A stretch of 64,000 nt of DNA, taken from NCBI GenBank assembly GCA_008632985.1, contig QPGO01000041.1, positions 62,001 through 126,000 on the forward strand, written 5' to 3'. Positions 1 through 10,887 of the stretch are shown in pieces (position 1 is the stretch's first letter; each line of letters begins with the position of its first letter). A model generated the notes under the pieces. That model saw only the letters and a list, made by a program, of their open reading frames with translations. It ran no database searches and was not told the origin of the DNA. A program made the position numbers and the translations under genes. Source of the DNA: Psammoneis japonica (lineage: Eukaryota).

Positions 1-135
1 ATATATGGTATTAATGAATCTATTAGATATAACGGAAGCCGTTGTAACGGGCTTCGCTGAAAGCGACCCTCGTTACCTCGGTCTTTCGCTCACAATTTTG
101 TTATCACTAAAGTCTTTATCTCGTTAGACCTTGCA
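1..135 (+). repeat. 5' LTR of Gypsy copy 1 (partial)
   Basis: Near-identical to 5223-5357; ends CCTTGCA. Confidence 0.95.
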
Positions 136-164
136 CTGTAATTACAGTCGATTCAAAGAACTGG

Positions 165-380
165 ATGGAGACTAGGAACAATACAAACAAATTGACTAAA
201 CGTGAGAAAAGAGAACTGCGCGCAAGAGCAGCAGTTTGGGCCATTGAGCACCAGAAACAAGTGCAACAGCGCAAACGACACGAGCAGAATTTGGCGAGCC
301 GAGTGCATCATTTGGAGTCAAAGGTAGAGTCCCTGGAAAGGACTATTGAACAATTGTATTCCCTTTTTCATGATGAGTGA
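165..380 (+). CDS. 71-aa upstream ORF of Gypsy element, basic region + leucine-zipper-like heptads
   Basis: Conserved in copy 2 (10344-10559). L-x6-L-x6-L-x6-L. Stop lies just past the gag ATG at 370. Confidence 0.55.
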   Translation: METRNNTNKLTKREKRELRARAAVWAIEHQKQVQQRKRHEQNLASRVHHLESKVESLERTIEQLYSLFHDE

Positions 381-1590
381 ATCGTTGAAGGAGCCTTGCA
401 TCAGCTGTGAAGCTAAATTTGAGCATTCTGACTTGGAGGACATGAAATTGACCCAATCGCATGATGACGGTAGCACTCGTACAAAAAAGTGTCCGCGTTT
501 TGATGGCACTCATGGTGTTGAAGCATTGTTATTCGTTGAGGATCGTTTTCGTAAAATTGCTGTGAAACTGGAGCACACTGCTGGCGAGGAGTTGTTCGAA
601 AATTTCGAGGAAGTGCTCACGGATGCGGCAGAGGACAAATGGGCGAATTTGACCAATGCAATTGACGATGCCGATAAAACTGTCGAGCGTTTTGATCAGG
701 AAATCAATCGTTTTTACTTGTCTTATTGTGACAATGAAGCGCGTGATACGATGATTGAATGTTTGCCAACTTTGAAAAAACCATTCAAATCTGAAGTGCA
801 GGCGCGCGCGGATCGCATGGAAACCTTGATTCGGTGCTCCAACAAACTTCCGGGAAATGCTCCTCAAGTCAACGAAGCTCAGAAGAAAAAGATGACATTT
901 GACAGCTTCCCTCGTCCGTGGCGTGAGATGTGTGCTCGAGCAGGACGAGCGACAGCGAATGACACTCTCGCTGAGATCATCAGTTGCGTGAACAATGAGA
1001 AATCTTTTGCTGACAAGAGCAGCAACAAGAAGCAGGACAAGAAGAGGAAAGACAGTGGTGCTTCGTCTCAAGCTTCAAGACGCTCTCGTGGCAACAGTGG
1101 CAGAACGGATCCAGAATCTAGATGCCCGGTGCACGCAAATCACGACCACAAGTGGAAGGACCGCACTTTGAATCCAGAAAGCCAAAACTGTCGGCCGAGG
1201 TCCAACCGTGGCGGTCATGGCGGAGGCCGTGGTGGAGGCCGAGGAAACTGCCAAGGCAGAGGACCCCAAGGTCGAGGCGGTCGTGGCAACTTCCAAGGTC
1301 GAGGACGTGGCAATTGTGGCAATCAAGGAGGATGTGGAGGCCGAGGTTATGGCAACCACAACAACTCCCAGAATTCTCAAGGGAATGGATCCCATTGTCA
1401 AAATCAAAACGGCACCCAAGCCAACGGTGATGCCCAAGGCTGTGGAAATCCGGCTGGAGCAGCTCCTCCTGGTGGCTGGCAAATGGAGTCGCACCATTTT
1501 GATCAAGGAGGGCCTCGTGAGATGCGAGGTGGAAATGGATGCGATCAGAACGGTCGTGCCCATCAAGGCCAACGAAGTTGGCGCAATTGA
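370..1590 (+). CDS. gag: Gag-like protein (capsid-like region, CxxH-x3-H knuckle remnant, RGG/GN-rich tail), TpA-mutated
   Basis: First long ORF after the LTR; CPVHANHDHKW motif; RGG repeats; paralogous to 9134-10354. Confidence 0.8.
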   Translation: MMSESLKEPCISCEAKFEHSDLEDMKLTQSHDDGSTRTKKCPRFDGTHGVEALLFVEDRFRKIAVKLEHTAGEELFENFEEVLTDAAEDKWANLTNAIDDADKTVERFDQEINRFYLSYCDNEARDTMIECLPTLKKPFKSEVQARADRMETLIRCSNKLPGNAPQVNEAQKKKMTFDSFPRPWREMCARAGRATANDTLAEIISCVNNEKSFADKSSNKKQDKKRKDSGASSQASRRSRGNSGRTDPESRCPVHANHDHKWKDRTLNPESQNCRPRSNRGGHGGGRGGGRGNCQGRGPQGRGGRGNFQGRGRGNCGNQGGCGGRGYGNHNNSQNSQGNGSHCQNQNGTQANGDAQGCGNPAGAAPPGGWQMESHHFDQGGPREMRGGNGCDQNGRAHQGQRSWRN

Positions 1591-4500
1591 CAAGGGACGG
1601 AAGCGCCCGAGTCAGAGCGTGTCGCTCAATCTTTTTATGTTTGTGTGATTGTGAAGAAAACACATGTTTTAATGTTGATGACAATGTGGGAGACCTGATG
1701 GAATCTTGTGCTGTGAATGAAGAAAAATTGGGCGGCGTTTTGGAGTGCGCTGCACCAACCCCTAAAACTGCGACTCCCAAACCATTGAGTGTGGTGCCAA
1801 TGACGTTGATGGCGGCGCGCACCATTCAAAATCAAGAGAGCAAGCGAGTGTCACGCGTGCCATTGGATTCAGGAGGTGCTGACACTCTTGTTCATTCTCG
1901 AGTTTTGCCGAAGGGAGCGAATCCGACCATGAACGATGAAGGATGGTTGAGCTTTCAGATGGCAGCCGGACGACATGAATCCTCCCGACACGTTGTCATG
2001 AAGGACTTGACATTGCCAGAATTTGACAAGTCAAAACAAGTCGACAGCATTGCGGCTCAAGTTTTTGACACCCCATGCAAGTGTGACTCAATTTTGGGAC
2101 AAGACTTTTTGTCGAAGGCCGGAATCGTGCTTGATTTTCGATTTGGAATGACAAAGTGGTTGGGAACGTCGATCCCAATGAAGCAATCCAATCATTGGAA
2201 CTCAGTTCAGAATTGGTTGGATGCACTGGAAGACGACGGAGAGGACGAAGACGATGAGGAAGCCTTCGGACAATCTTTTATGATGGACGCCAAATGCGAG
2301 AAAGCATCATCCGCGAAAGTGGCGCAAGCTCAAACTCACTTAACTCAAGAACAACGTGATGAGCTGCAGGCAGTGCTTGAAAAGCATGAAACCCTCTTTG
2401 ATGGAACGCTTGGCAAATGTCCGCATGAGACTGTTCACTTGGAAGTTGATCCCAACGCTGTCCCCTTCCATTCTAAGGCTTGTGAGGTGTCCAAGAGGGA
2501 TGAAGCCGTTTTTAAGAAAGAACTGCAGCATTCATGTGACATTGGCACACTGGAACCAGTGGGACCAACTGAATGGGCAGCCGGAACTTTTGCAACTCCC
2601 AAAAAGGATGGACGAGTTCGATGGGCATCGATTTTCGAGAGTTGAACAAGGTGCTCAAGCGAATGGTCCATCCTCTGCCGATCATTCAAGACGTCATTCA
2701 CCGACGCTCGGGATGCAAGTGCTTGACCAAATTGGACCTCACTGTGTTTTATCATCATGTCGAACTTGACGAAGAATCCAAGGATTTGTGTGCCATCGTT
2801 GCTCCGTTTGGAAAATTTGATGCTGTCGATTGGCCATGGGTTTGAAACCCTCTCCCGACATTGCTCAAGCCATCATTGAAAAAGTGGCAAACGGAATCGA
2901 TGTTGAAACTTACATCGATGATGTTGCTCAATTTGATGATTCGTTTGATGCTCACATGCATCGACTCAATGAGCTGTTGTCCAGACTAGAAGAGAACAAC
3001 CTGAAAATTAACCCATTCAAGTGCAAATGGTGTGTCCAAGAGACGGATTTTTTAGGCCATTGGCTCACGCCTGCAGGAGTCCGACCGTGGAAGAAGAAAG
3101 TGGAAGCGGTGCTACGAATGCAACCACCTAAAACTGTGACGCAATTACGATCGTTCATCGGTGCGGCAACTCATTGTCGCAACATGTGGCCTTGTCGCTC
3201 ACACGTGCTCGCTCCACTCACGAAGTTAACAGGCAAGAGCAAGTTGGAATGGACCCCTGAATGTCAACGAGCCTTTGAAGATGTGAAAACCTTGATGCTG
3301 GACGACACCCTTTGGGTCTACCCGGATCACAACAAACCATTCCATGTTCACACTGACTCTTTGGACTGTCAGATGGGAGCCGCAATTGTGCAAGACGGGA
3401 AACCAGTGGCTTGCTGGTCCCGAAAACTCAGCGCAGCACAACAGAACCACTCTACGATTGAAAAGGAATTGTTGGCGGTGGTGGTGTGTTTCAAAGAATT
3501 TCGGAGCATGTCATTCGGAGCTGACTGCACTGTTTTTACAGATCATAAAAATCTCACCTTTCGCACGCTCAATTCTCAATGAGTTCTTAGGTGGCGACTC
3601 TTCTTGGAAGATTTTGCCCCAACTTTCGAATGCGTTGATGGCAAAGACAACCTCTTGGCGGATTGTTTTTCAAGATTGCCGCGTGTGGACCCTCCTGCGG
3701 AAGGGAAGTGTGCTCCCAACAAGGGCAAACTGATTGATTTTAAGGCGATCGACCCTGCCATGCTGCCGCATGAAGAAGAGCTGGACGACCAAAACCGTGT
3801 GTCTCATTTTTCCTGTCGTCGTGAAGAACCATCTCCATTTCACTCTTCTGTCGTGGACGACCCCGAATTGCATGAATCATTTTTGAACTGTCCTTCTCTC
3901 GAGGAAATGCAAAACCCTGCAACTGTGCAACGAATTCAAGAATGCCAATTCATCGACGTGGAGCTGAACAACATGCGACAACAACATCCAGAACGCTTCG
4001 TGGTGAAACATGTGAATCAGCGTCCTGTAATTTGTCATCGTGCTCGACCGAATGATCCTCCGACTGCGTGGAAAATTTGTGTTCCAACGGCGTTGCTGCG
4101 TGATGTCATGCGATGGCATCATGGAATTTTGGGACATGCAGGAGTGCACCGAATGCATTCCACCATTGGCGCACATTTCCATCATCCTGCCCTTCGTCAA
4201 TCCTGTGAAGGATTTCATTGTGCTGATTGTCAACGTTTGAAAACTTTGGGCCCTGGACATGGGGACCTGCCTGAACGAGAAGCGCCTTTGTTGCCATGGA
4301 CGGAAGTTGCGGTTGATCTCATCGGTCCCTGGAAGATTGAAACTCAAAACCATGAAATCGAATTCAACGCTTTGACTTGCATTGATGCCGTTTCGAATGT
4401 GACTGAACTCATTTGCATCGAAAACAAAACCTCGTCTCACATTGCCCAACAATTTGAAAATTGTTGGTTGTCTCGTTGTCCTCGTCCCAACCGTTGCATC

Positions 4501-5082
4501 CATGACAATGGTGGAGAATTCATTGGAGAGGACTTCCAATTGCCATTGCAACAAGCGGGAGTGGAAGACGCTCTGACCACGTCGCGAAATCCACAAGCCA
4601 ATGCGGCATGCGAGCGCATGCATCAAACTGTTGGAAACATCTTGCGCACTTTGCTTCATGTTTGTCCTCCACAGAATGTTGAGCAGGCCAATCAACTGGT
4701 GGACAATGCATTGGCAACCGCCATGCATGCAATGCGATGTGCAGTTTCTCGTGCTCTCAAGATTTCACCCGGTGCCATGGTTTTTCAACGTGATGTGATT
4801 CTTGACTTGCCGGTCCCAGCCGATCTTGCCACCATTCAAGAACACCGACAAGCGATTGTCAATGCGAATCTCCGTCGAGCCAACGCCAAACGCCAATCCT
4901 GCGATTTTCAAGTTGGTGGACACGTTCTACTCAAGTCTGTCGATCCCACCAAGCTCAAACCACGAGCTCACGGTCCACATCCTGTCGTTCAAGTGCACGC
5001 TGACGGTGCGATTACGGTCCAACATGCACCTCATGTGACAGAACGATTGAACATTCGTCGCGTCGCACCGCATCGTACCTGA
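1591..5082 (+). pseudogene. pol: Pol polyprotein (PR-RT-RNaseH-IN), disrupted
   Basis: LDSGG, TPKKDGRVR, TYIDD, FLGHW, EKELLA, VDLIGPW, HDNGGEF, NPQANA-ERMH motifs. Frameshifts near 1640, 2630 and 2820. CGA->TGA stop at 3580-3582 relative to copy 2. Confidence 0.93.
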
Positions 5083-5195
5083 GGTTGAGGGTTTTCTCCC
5101 CAACATTTGGGTTTCCCTTCTATCCTCATCCATTGGAATTTGAAAATTTTTGAGTCCCGCATGATTCTCGACACTCGAATCATGGAAGGGAAGAG

Positions 5196-5357
5196 TGCAG
5201 TGTCTCGCACCCTATTTTTCTGATATATAGTATTAATGAACCTATTAGATATAACGGAAGCCGTTGTAACGGGCTTCGCTGAAAGCGACCCTCATTACCT
5301 CGGTCTTTCGCTCACAATTTTGTTGTCACCAAAGTCTTTGTCTCGTTGGACCTTGCA
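5196..5357 (+). repeat. 3' LTR of Gypsy copy 1 (162 bp)
   Basis: TGCAGTGT...CCTTGCA, preceded by the PPT. Confidence 0.95.
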
Positions 5358-5362
5358 AAACC

Positions 5363-5524
5363 TGCAAGGTCTGACGAGATGAAGACTTCAGTGATGACAA
5401 AATTGTGAGCGAAAGACCGAGGTAACGAGGGTTGCTTTCAGCGAAGCCCGTTGCAACGGCTTCCGTCACATCCAACAGGTTCATTAATGCTGTGTGTCAG
5501 AAAAACAAGGTGCGAGACACTGCA
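5363..5524 (-). repeat. 3' LTR of Gypsy copy 2 (heavily TpA-mutated)
   Basis: Aligns without gaps to 10589-10750; PPT complement CTCTTCCCTTCC follows at 5525. Confidence 0.95.
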
Positions 5525-5636
5525 CTCTTCCCTTCCATGATTCGAGTGTCGAGAATCATGCGGGACTCAAAAAATTTAAATTCCAATGGATGAGGATAGA
5601 AGGGAAACCCAAATGTTGGGGAGAAAACCCTTGACC

Positions 5637-8600
5637 TCAGGTGTGATGCGGTGCGACGCGGCGTACATTCAATCGTTCTGTCACATGAGGTGTGCGTTGG
5701 ACCGCAAGCGCACCGTTGGCATGCACTTGAACGACAGGACATGGACCGTGAGCTCGTGGCTCGAGCTTGGTTGGGTCGACAGCCTTGAGCAGAACTTGTC
5801 CGCCAACTTGAAAATCGCAGGATTGGCGTTTGGCGTTGGCTCGATGGAGATTCGCATTGACAATCGCTTGTCGGTGTTCTTGAATGGTGGCAAGATCGGC
5901 TAGGACCGGCAAGTCAAGAATCATGTCACGTTGAAAAACCACAGCACCGGGTGAAATCTTGAGAGCACAAGAAACCGCACATCGCATTGCATGCATGGCG
6001 GTTGCCAATGCATTGTCCACTGGTTGATTGGCCTGCTCAACATTCTGTGGAGGATAAACATGAAGCAAAGTGCGCAAGACATTTCCAACAGTTTGATGCA
6101 TGCGCTCGCATGCCGCATTGGCTTGTGGATTTCGCGACGCAGTCGGAGCGTCTTCCACTCCTGCTTGTTGCAATGACAATTGAAAGTCCTCTCCAATGAA
6201 TTCTCCACCATTGTCATGGACACACAGGTCAGGACGAGGATGACGAGACAACCAACAATTTTCAAATTGTTGAGCAATGTGAGACGAGGTTTTGTTGTCA
6301 ATGCGAATGAGTTCAGTCACATTCGAAATGGCGTCAATGCAAGTCAAAGCGTTGAATTCGATTTCATGGTTTTGAGTTTCAATTTTCCAGGGACCGATGA
6401 GGTCAACTGCAACTTCCGTCCATGGCAATGAAGGCGCTTCCCGTTCAGGCAGGTCCCCACATCCAGGGCCTAAAGTTTTCAAACGTTGACAATCAGCACA
6501 ATGAAATCTTTCACAGGATTGACGAAGGGCAGGATGATGGAAATGTGTGCCAACAGTGGAATGCATTCGGTGCACTCCTGCATGTCCCAAAATCCCCTGA
6601 TGCCATCGTATGATGTCATGCAGCAACGCCGTTGGAACACAAATTTTCCACGCAGTTGGAGGATCATTCGGTCGAGCACGACAACAAATTACAGGACGCT
6701 GATTTACACATTCCACAACGAAGCGTTCTGGATGTTGTTGTCGCATGTTGCTCAGCTCCACGTCGACGAATTGGCACTCTTGAATTCGTTGCACAGTTGC
6801 AGGGTTTTGCATTTCCTCGAGAGAAGGACAGTTCAAAAATGATTCACACAATTCGGGGTCGTCCACGACAGAAGAGTAAAATGGAGATGGTTCTTCACGA
6901 CGACAGGAAAAATGAGACACGCGGTTTTGGTCGTCCAGTTCTTCTTCATGCGGCAGCATGGCAGGGTCGATCGCCTTAAAAGTCAATCAGCTTGCCCTTG
7001 TTGGGGAGCACACTTCCCTTCCGCAGGAGGGTCCATGCGCGGCAATCTTGAAAAACAATCCGCCAAGAGATTGTCTTTGCCATCAACGCATTCGAAAGTT
7101 GGGGCAAAATCTTCCAAGAAGAGTCGCCACCTAAGAACTCGTTGAGAATTGAGCGTGCGAAAGGTGAGATTTTTATGATCCGTAAAAACAGTGCAGTCAG
7201 CTCCAAATGACATGCTTCGAAATTCTTTGAAACACATTGCCACCGCCAATGATTCTTTTTCAATCGTAGAGCAGTTCTGTTGTGCTGCGCTGAGTTTCTG
7301 GGACCAGCAAGCCACTGGTTTCCCATCTTGCATGATTGCGGCTCCCATCTGACAGTCCGAAGAGTCAGTGCAAATGTGGAATGGCTTGTCATGATTCGGG
7401 TGGACCCAAAGGGTGTCGTCCAGCATCAAGGTTTTCACATCTTCAAAGGCTCGTTGACATTCAGGGGTCCATTCCAACTTGCTCTTGCCTGTCAACTTCG
7501 TGAGTGGAGCAAGCACGTGTGAGCGACGAGGCCACATGTTGCGACAATGAGTCACCGCACCGACAAACGATCGCAGTTGCGTCATGGTTTTAGGTGGTTG
7601 CATTCGCAGCACCGCTTCCACTTTCTTCTTCCACGGTCGGACTCCTGCAGGCGTGAGCCAATGGCCCAAAAAATCCGTCTCTTGGACACACCATTCGCAC
7701 TTGAGTGGGTTAATTTTCAGATTGTTCTCTTCTAGTCTGGATGACAGCTCATCGAGTCGACGCATGTGAGTTTCAAACGAATCATCAAATTGAGCAATGT
7801 CATCGATGTAAGTTTCAACATCGATTCCTTTTGCCACTTTTTCAATGATGGCTTGAGCAATGTCGGGAGAGGTTTTCAAACCCATGGCCAATCGACAACA
7901 TCGAAATTTTCCAAACGGAGTGACAACAGCACACAAATCCTTGGATTCTTCGTCAAGTTCGACATGATGATAAAACACAGTGAGGTCCAACTTGGTCAAG
8001 CACTTGCATCCTGAGCGTCGGTGAATGACGTCTTGAATGATCGGCAGAGGACAGACCTTTCGTTTGAGCACCTTGTTCAACTCTCGAAAATCGGATGCCC
8101 ATCGAACTCGTCCATCCTTTTTGGGAGTTACAAAAGTTCCGGCTGCCCATTCAGTTGGTCCCACTGGTTCCAGTGCGCCAACATTACACAGATGTTGCAG
8201 TTCTTTCTTAAAAACGGCTTCATCCCTCTTGGATGCTTCGCAAGCCTTAGAATGGAAGGGAACAGCATTGGGGTCAACTTCCAAGTGAACAGTCTCATGC
8301 GGATGTTTGCCAAGCATTCCATCAAAGAGGGTTTCATGCTTTTCAAGCACAGCCTGCAGCTCATCACGTTGTTCTTGAGTTAAGTGAGTTTGAGCTTGCG
8401 CCACTTTCGCGGATGATGCTTTCTCGTATTTGGCGTCCATCATAAAAGATTGTCCGAAGGCTTCCTCATCGTCTTTGTCCTCTCCGTCGTCTTCCAGTGC
8501 ATCCAACCAATTCTGAACTGAGTTCCAATGATTGGATTGCTTCATTGGGATCGACGTTTCCAACCACTTTGTTGTTCCAAATCGAAAATCAAGCACGATT

Positions 8601-9133
8601 CCGGCTTTCGGCAAAAAGTCTTGTCCCAAAATTAAATCACACTTGCATGGGGCATCAAAAACTTGAGCCGCAATGCTGTCGACTTGTTTTGACTTGTCAA
8701 ATTCTGGCAATGTCAAGTCCTTCACAACAACGCATCGGGAGGATTCATGTCGTCCGGCTGCCGTCTGAAAGCTCAACCATCCTTCATTGTTCATGGTTGG
8801 ATTCGCTCCCTTCGGCAAAACTCGAGAATGAACAAGAGTGTCAGTGCCTCCTGAATCCAACAACACTCGCAACACTCGCTCACTCTCTTGATTTTGAATG
8901 GTGCGCGCCGCCATCAACGTCATTGGCACCACATTCAATGGTTCAGGAGTCGCAGTTTTAGGGGTTGGTGCAGCGCACTCCAAAACGCCGCCCAATTTTT
9001 CTTCATTCACAGCATGAGATTCCATCAGGTCTCCCACATTGTCATCAACATTAAAACACATGTTTTCTTCACGATCACGCGAAACATAAAAAGATTGAGC
9101 GACACGCTCTGACTCGGGCACTTCCGTCCCTTG
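5637..9133 (-). pseudogene. pol: Pol polyprotein of copy 2 (PR-RT-RNaseH-IN), one frameshift near 7000
   Basis: 712-aa and 449-aa ORFs with LLDSGG, DFRELN, YIDD, FTDHKNL, ADCFSRL, integrase core and a GPY-derived GPC. Confidence 0.93.
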
Positions 9134-10354
9134 TCAATTGCGCCAACTTCGTTGGCCTTGATGGGCACGACCGTTCTGATCGCACCCATTTCCACCTCGC
9201 ATCTCACGAGGCCCTCCTTGATCAAAATGGCGCGACTCCATTTGCCAGCCACCAGGAGGAGCTGCTCCAGCCGGATTTCCATGGCCTTGGGCATCACCGT
9301 TGGCTTGGGTGCCATTTTGATTTTGGCAATGGGATCCATTCCCTTGAGAATTCTGGGAGTCATTACAACTGCCGTAACCTCGGCCTCCACATCCTCCTTG
9401 ATTGCCACAAATGCCACGTCCTCGACCTTGGAAGTTGCCACGACCGCCTCGACCTTGGGGTCCTCTGCCTTGGCAGTTTCCTCGGCCTCCACCACGACCT
9501 CCGCTGCTGCCGCCACGGTCGGACCTCGGTCGATGGTTTTGGCTTTCTGGATTCAAAATGCAATCCTCCCACTTGTGGTCATGATTCGCATGCACCGGGC
9601 ATCCAGATTCTGGATCCGTTCCACCACTGTTGCCACGAGAGCGTCTTGAAGCTTGAGACGAAGCACCATTGCTTTTCCTCTTCTTGTCCTGCTTCTTGTT
9701 GCTGCTCTTGTCAGCAAAAGATTTCTCGTTGTTCACATGACTGATGATCTCAGCGAGAGTGTCGTTCGCTGTCGCTCGTCCTGCTCGAGTGTGCATCTCA
9801 TGCCACGGACGAGGAAAGCCATCGAATGTCATCTTTTTCTTCTGAGCTTCGTTGACTTGAGGAGCATTTCCTGGAAGTTTGTTGGAGTGCCGAATCAAGG
9901 TTTCCATGCGATCTGCATGCGCCTGTGCTTCAGATTTGAATGGTTTTTTCAAAGTCAGCAAACATTCAATCATCATATCACGCGCTTCATTGTCACAATA
10001 AGACAAGTAAAAACGATTGATTTCCTGATCAAAACGCTCGACAGTTTTATCGGCATCGTCAATTGCATTGGTCAAGTTCGCCCACTTGTCCTCTGCAGCA
10101 TCCGCAAGCACTTCCTCGAAATTTTCGAACAACTCCTCGCCAGCAGTGTACTCCAATTTCACAGCAATTTTACGAAAATGATCCTCAACAAATAACAATG
10201 CTTCAATGCCATGAGTGCCATCAAAACGCGGACACTTTTTTGTACGAGCACTGCCGTCATCATGCGATTGGGTCAGTTTCACTTCCTCCAAGTCAGAATG
10301 CTCAAATTTAGCTTCACAGCTAATGCAAGGCTCCTTCAACGATTCACTCATCAT
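9134..10354 (-). CDS. gag: Gag-like protein of copy 2
   Basis: Near-identical to 370-1590. Confidence 0.8.
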   Translation of the reverse strand: MMSESLKEPCISCEAKFEHSDLEEVKLTQSHDDGSARTKKCPRFDGTHGIEALLFVEDHFRKIAVKLEYTAGEELFENFEEVLADAAEDKWANLTNAIDDADKTVERFDQEINRFYLSYCDNEARDMMIECLLTLKKPFKSEAQAHADRMETLIRHSNKLPGNAPQVNEAQKKKMTFDGFPRPWHEMHTRAGRATANDTLAEIISHVNNEKSFADKSSNKKQDKKRKSNGASSQASRRSRGNSGGTDPESGCPVHANHDHKWEDCILNPESQNHRPRSDRGGSSGGRGGGRGNCQGRGPQGRGGRGNFQGRGRGICGNQGGCGGRGYGSCNDSQNSQGNGSHCQNQNGTQANGDAQGHGNPAGAAPPGGWQMESRHFDQGGPREMRGGNGCDQNGRAHQGQRSWRN

Positions 10355-10559
10355 GAAAAAGGGAATACAATTGTTCAATAGTCCTCTCCAGGGACTCTAC
10401 CTTTGACTCCAAATGATGCACTCGGCTCACCAAATTCTGTTCGTGTCGTTTACGTTGTTGCACTTGTTTCTGGTGCTCAACAGCCCAAACTGCTGCTCTT
10501 GCGCGTAGTTCTCTTTTCTCACGTTTAGTCAATTTGTTTGTATTGTTCCTAGTCTCCAT
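10344..10559 (-). CDS. 71-aa upstream ORF of copy 2
   Basis: Two amino-acid differences from 165-380. Confidence 0.55.
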   Translation of the reverse strand: METRNNTNKLTKREKRELRARAAVWAVEHQKQVQQRKRHEQNLVSRVHHLESKVESLERTIEQLYSLFHDE

Positions 10560-10588
10560 CCAGTTCTTTGAATCGACTGTAATTACAG

Positions 10589-10750
10589 TGCAAGGTCTAA
10601 CGAGATAAAGACTTCAGTGATAACAAAATTGTGAGCGAAAGACCGAGGTAACGAGGGTCGCTTTCAGCGAAGCCCGTTACAACGGCTTCCGTTATATCTA
10701 ATAGGTTCATTTATACTATATATCAGAAAAATAAGGTGCGAGACACTGCA
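10589..10750 (-). repeat. 5' LTR of Gypsy copy 2 (least mutated LTR)
   Basis: Retains TA-rich tract TTATATCTAATAGG...ATACTATATATC. Confidence 0.95.
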
Positions 10751-10887
10751 AAACCGCTCACACATTTTGCATCGCCGATCGCCGATCATGCCCAGAACAA
10801 AGTCAAGTCAAAGCAATGGCGAACCAATAGGCAGTATTCCCCTCCATTACATAGCAACGCTTAGGCTTTCAATCCCACAAAGTAACA

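Larger units (their letters stand above)
1..5357 (+). mobile_element. Ty3/Gypsy LTR retrotransposon, copy 1 (5' LTR truncated by window start), inactivated
   Basis: LTR 1-135 matches LTR 5196-5357 (TGCA ends). PPT GGAAGGGAAGAG at 5184-5195. Domain order gag, protease (DSG), RT (YIDD), RNase H, integrase. Confidence 0.97.
5363..10750 (-). mobile_element. Ty3/Gypsy LTR retrotransposon, copy 2, full length, inverted, 5-bp TSD AAACC
   Basis: 162-bp LTRs at 5363-5524 and 10589-10750. AAACC at 5358-5362 and 10751-10755. Same gag/pol as copy 1. Confidence 0.97.

Noticed and set aside
346..10378. CpG methylation decay as the sole cause of the TG/CA excess
   Set aside because: CG->TG/CA does occur, but aligned copies show TA as the partner allele at most discordant sites, and CpG is still abundant in these elements.
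346..10378. ADAR-type RNA editing or reverse-transcriptase hypermutation
   Set aside because: Both A->G and T->C occur on the same strand, the two LTRs of one element differ, and DNA transposons and an intron-containing duplicate are equally affected.
1..10750. Inverted 5.4-kb duplication as an assembly fold-back artefact
   Set aside because: The copies differ at many sites with a coherent spectrum and have different indels; copy 2 has a proper AAACC TSD.
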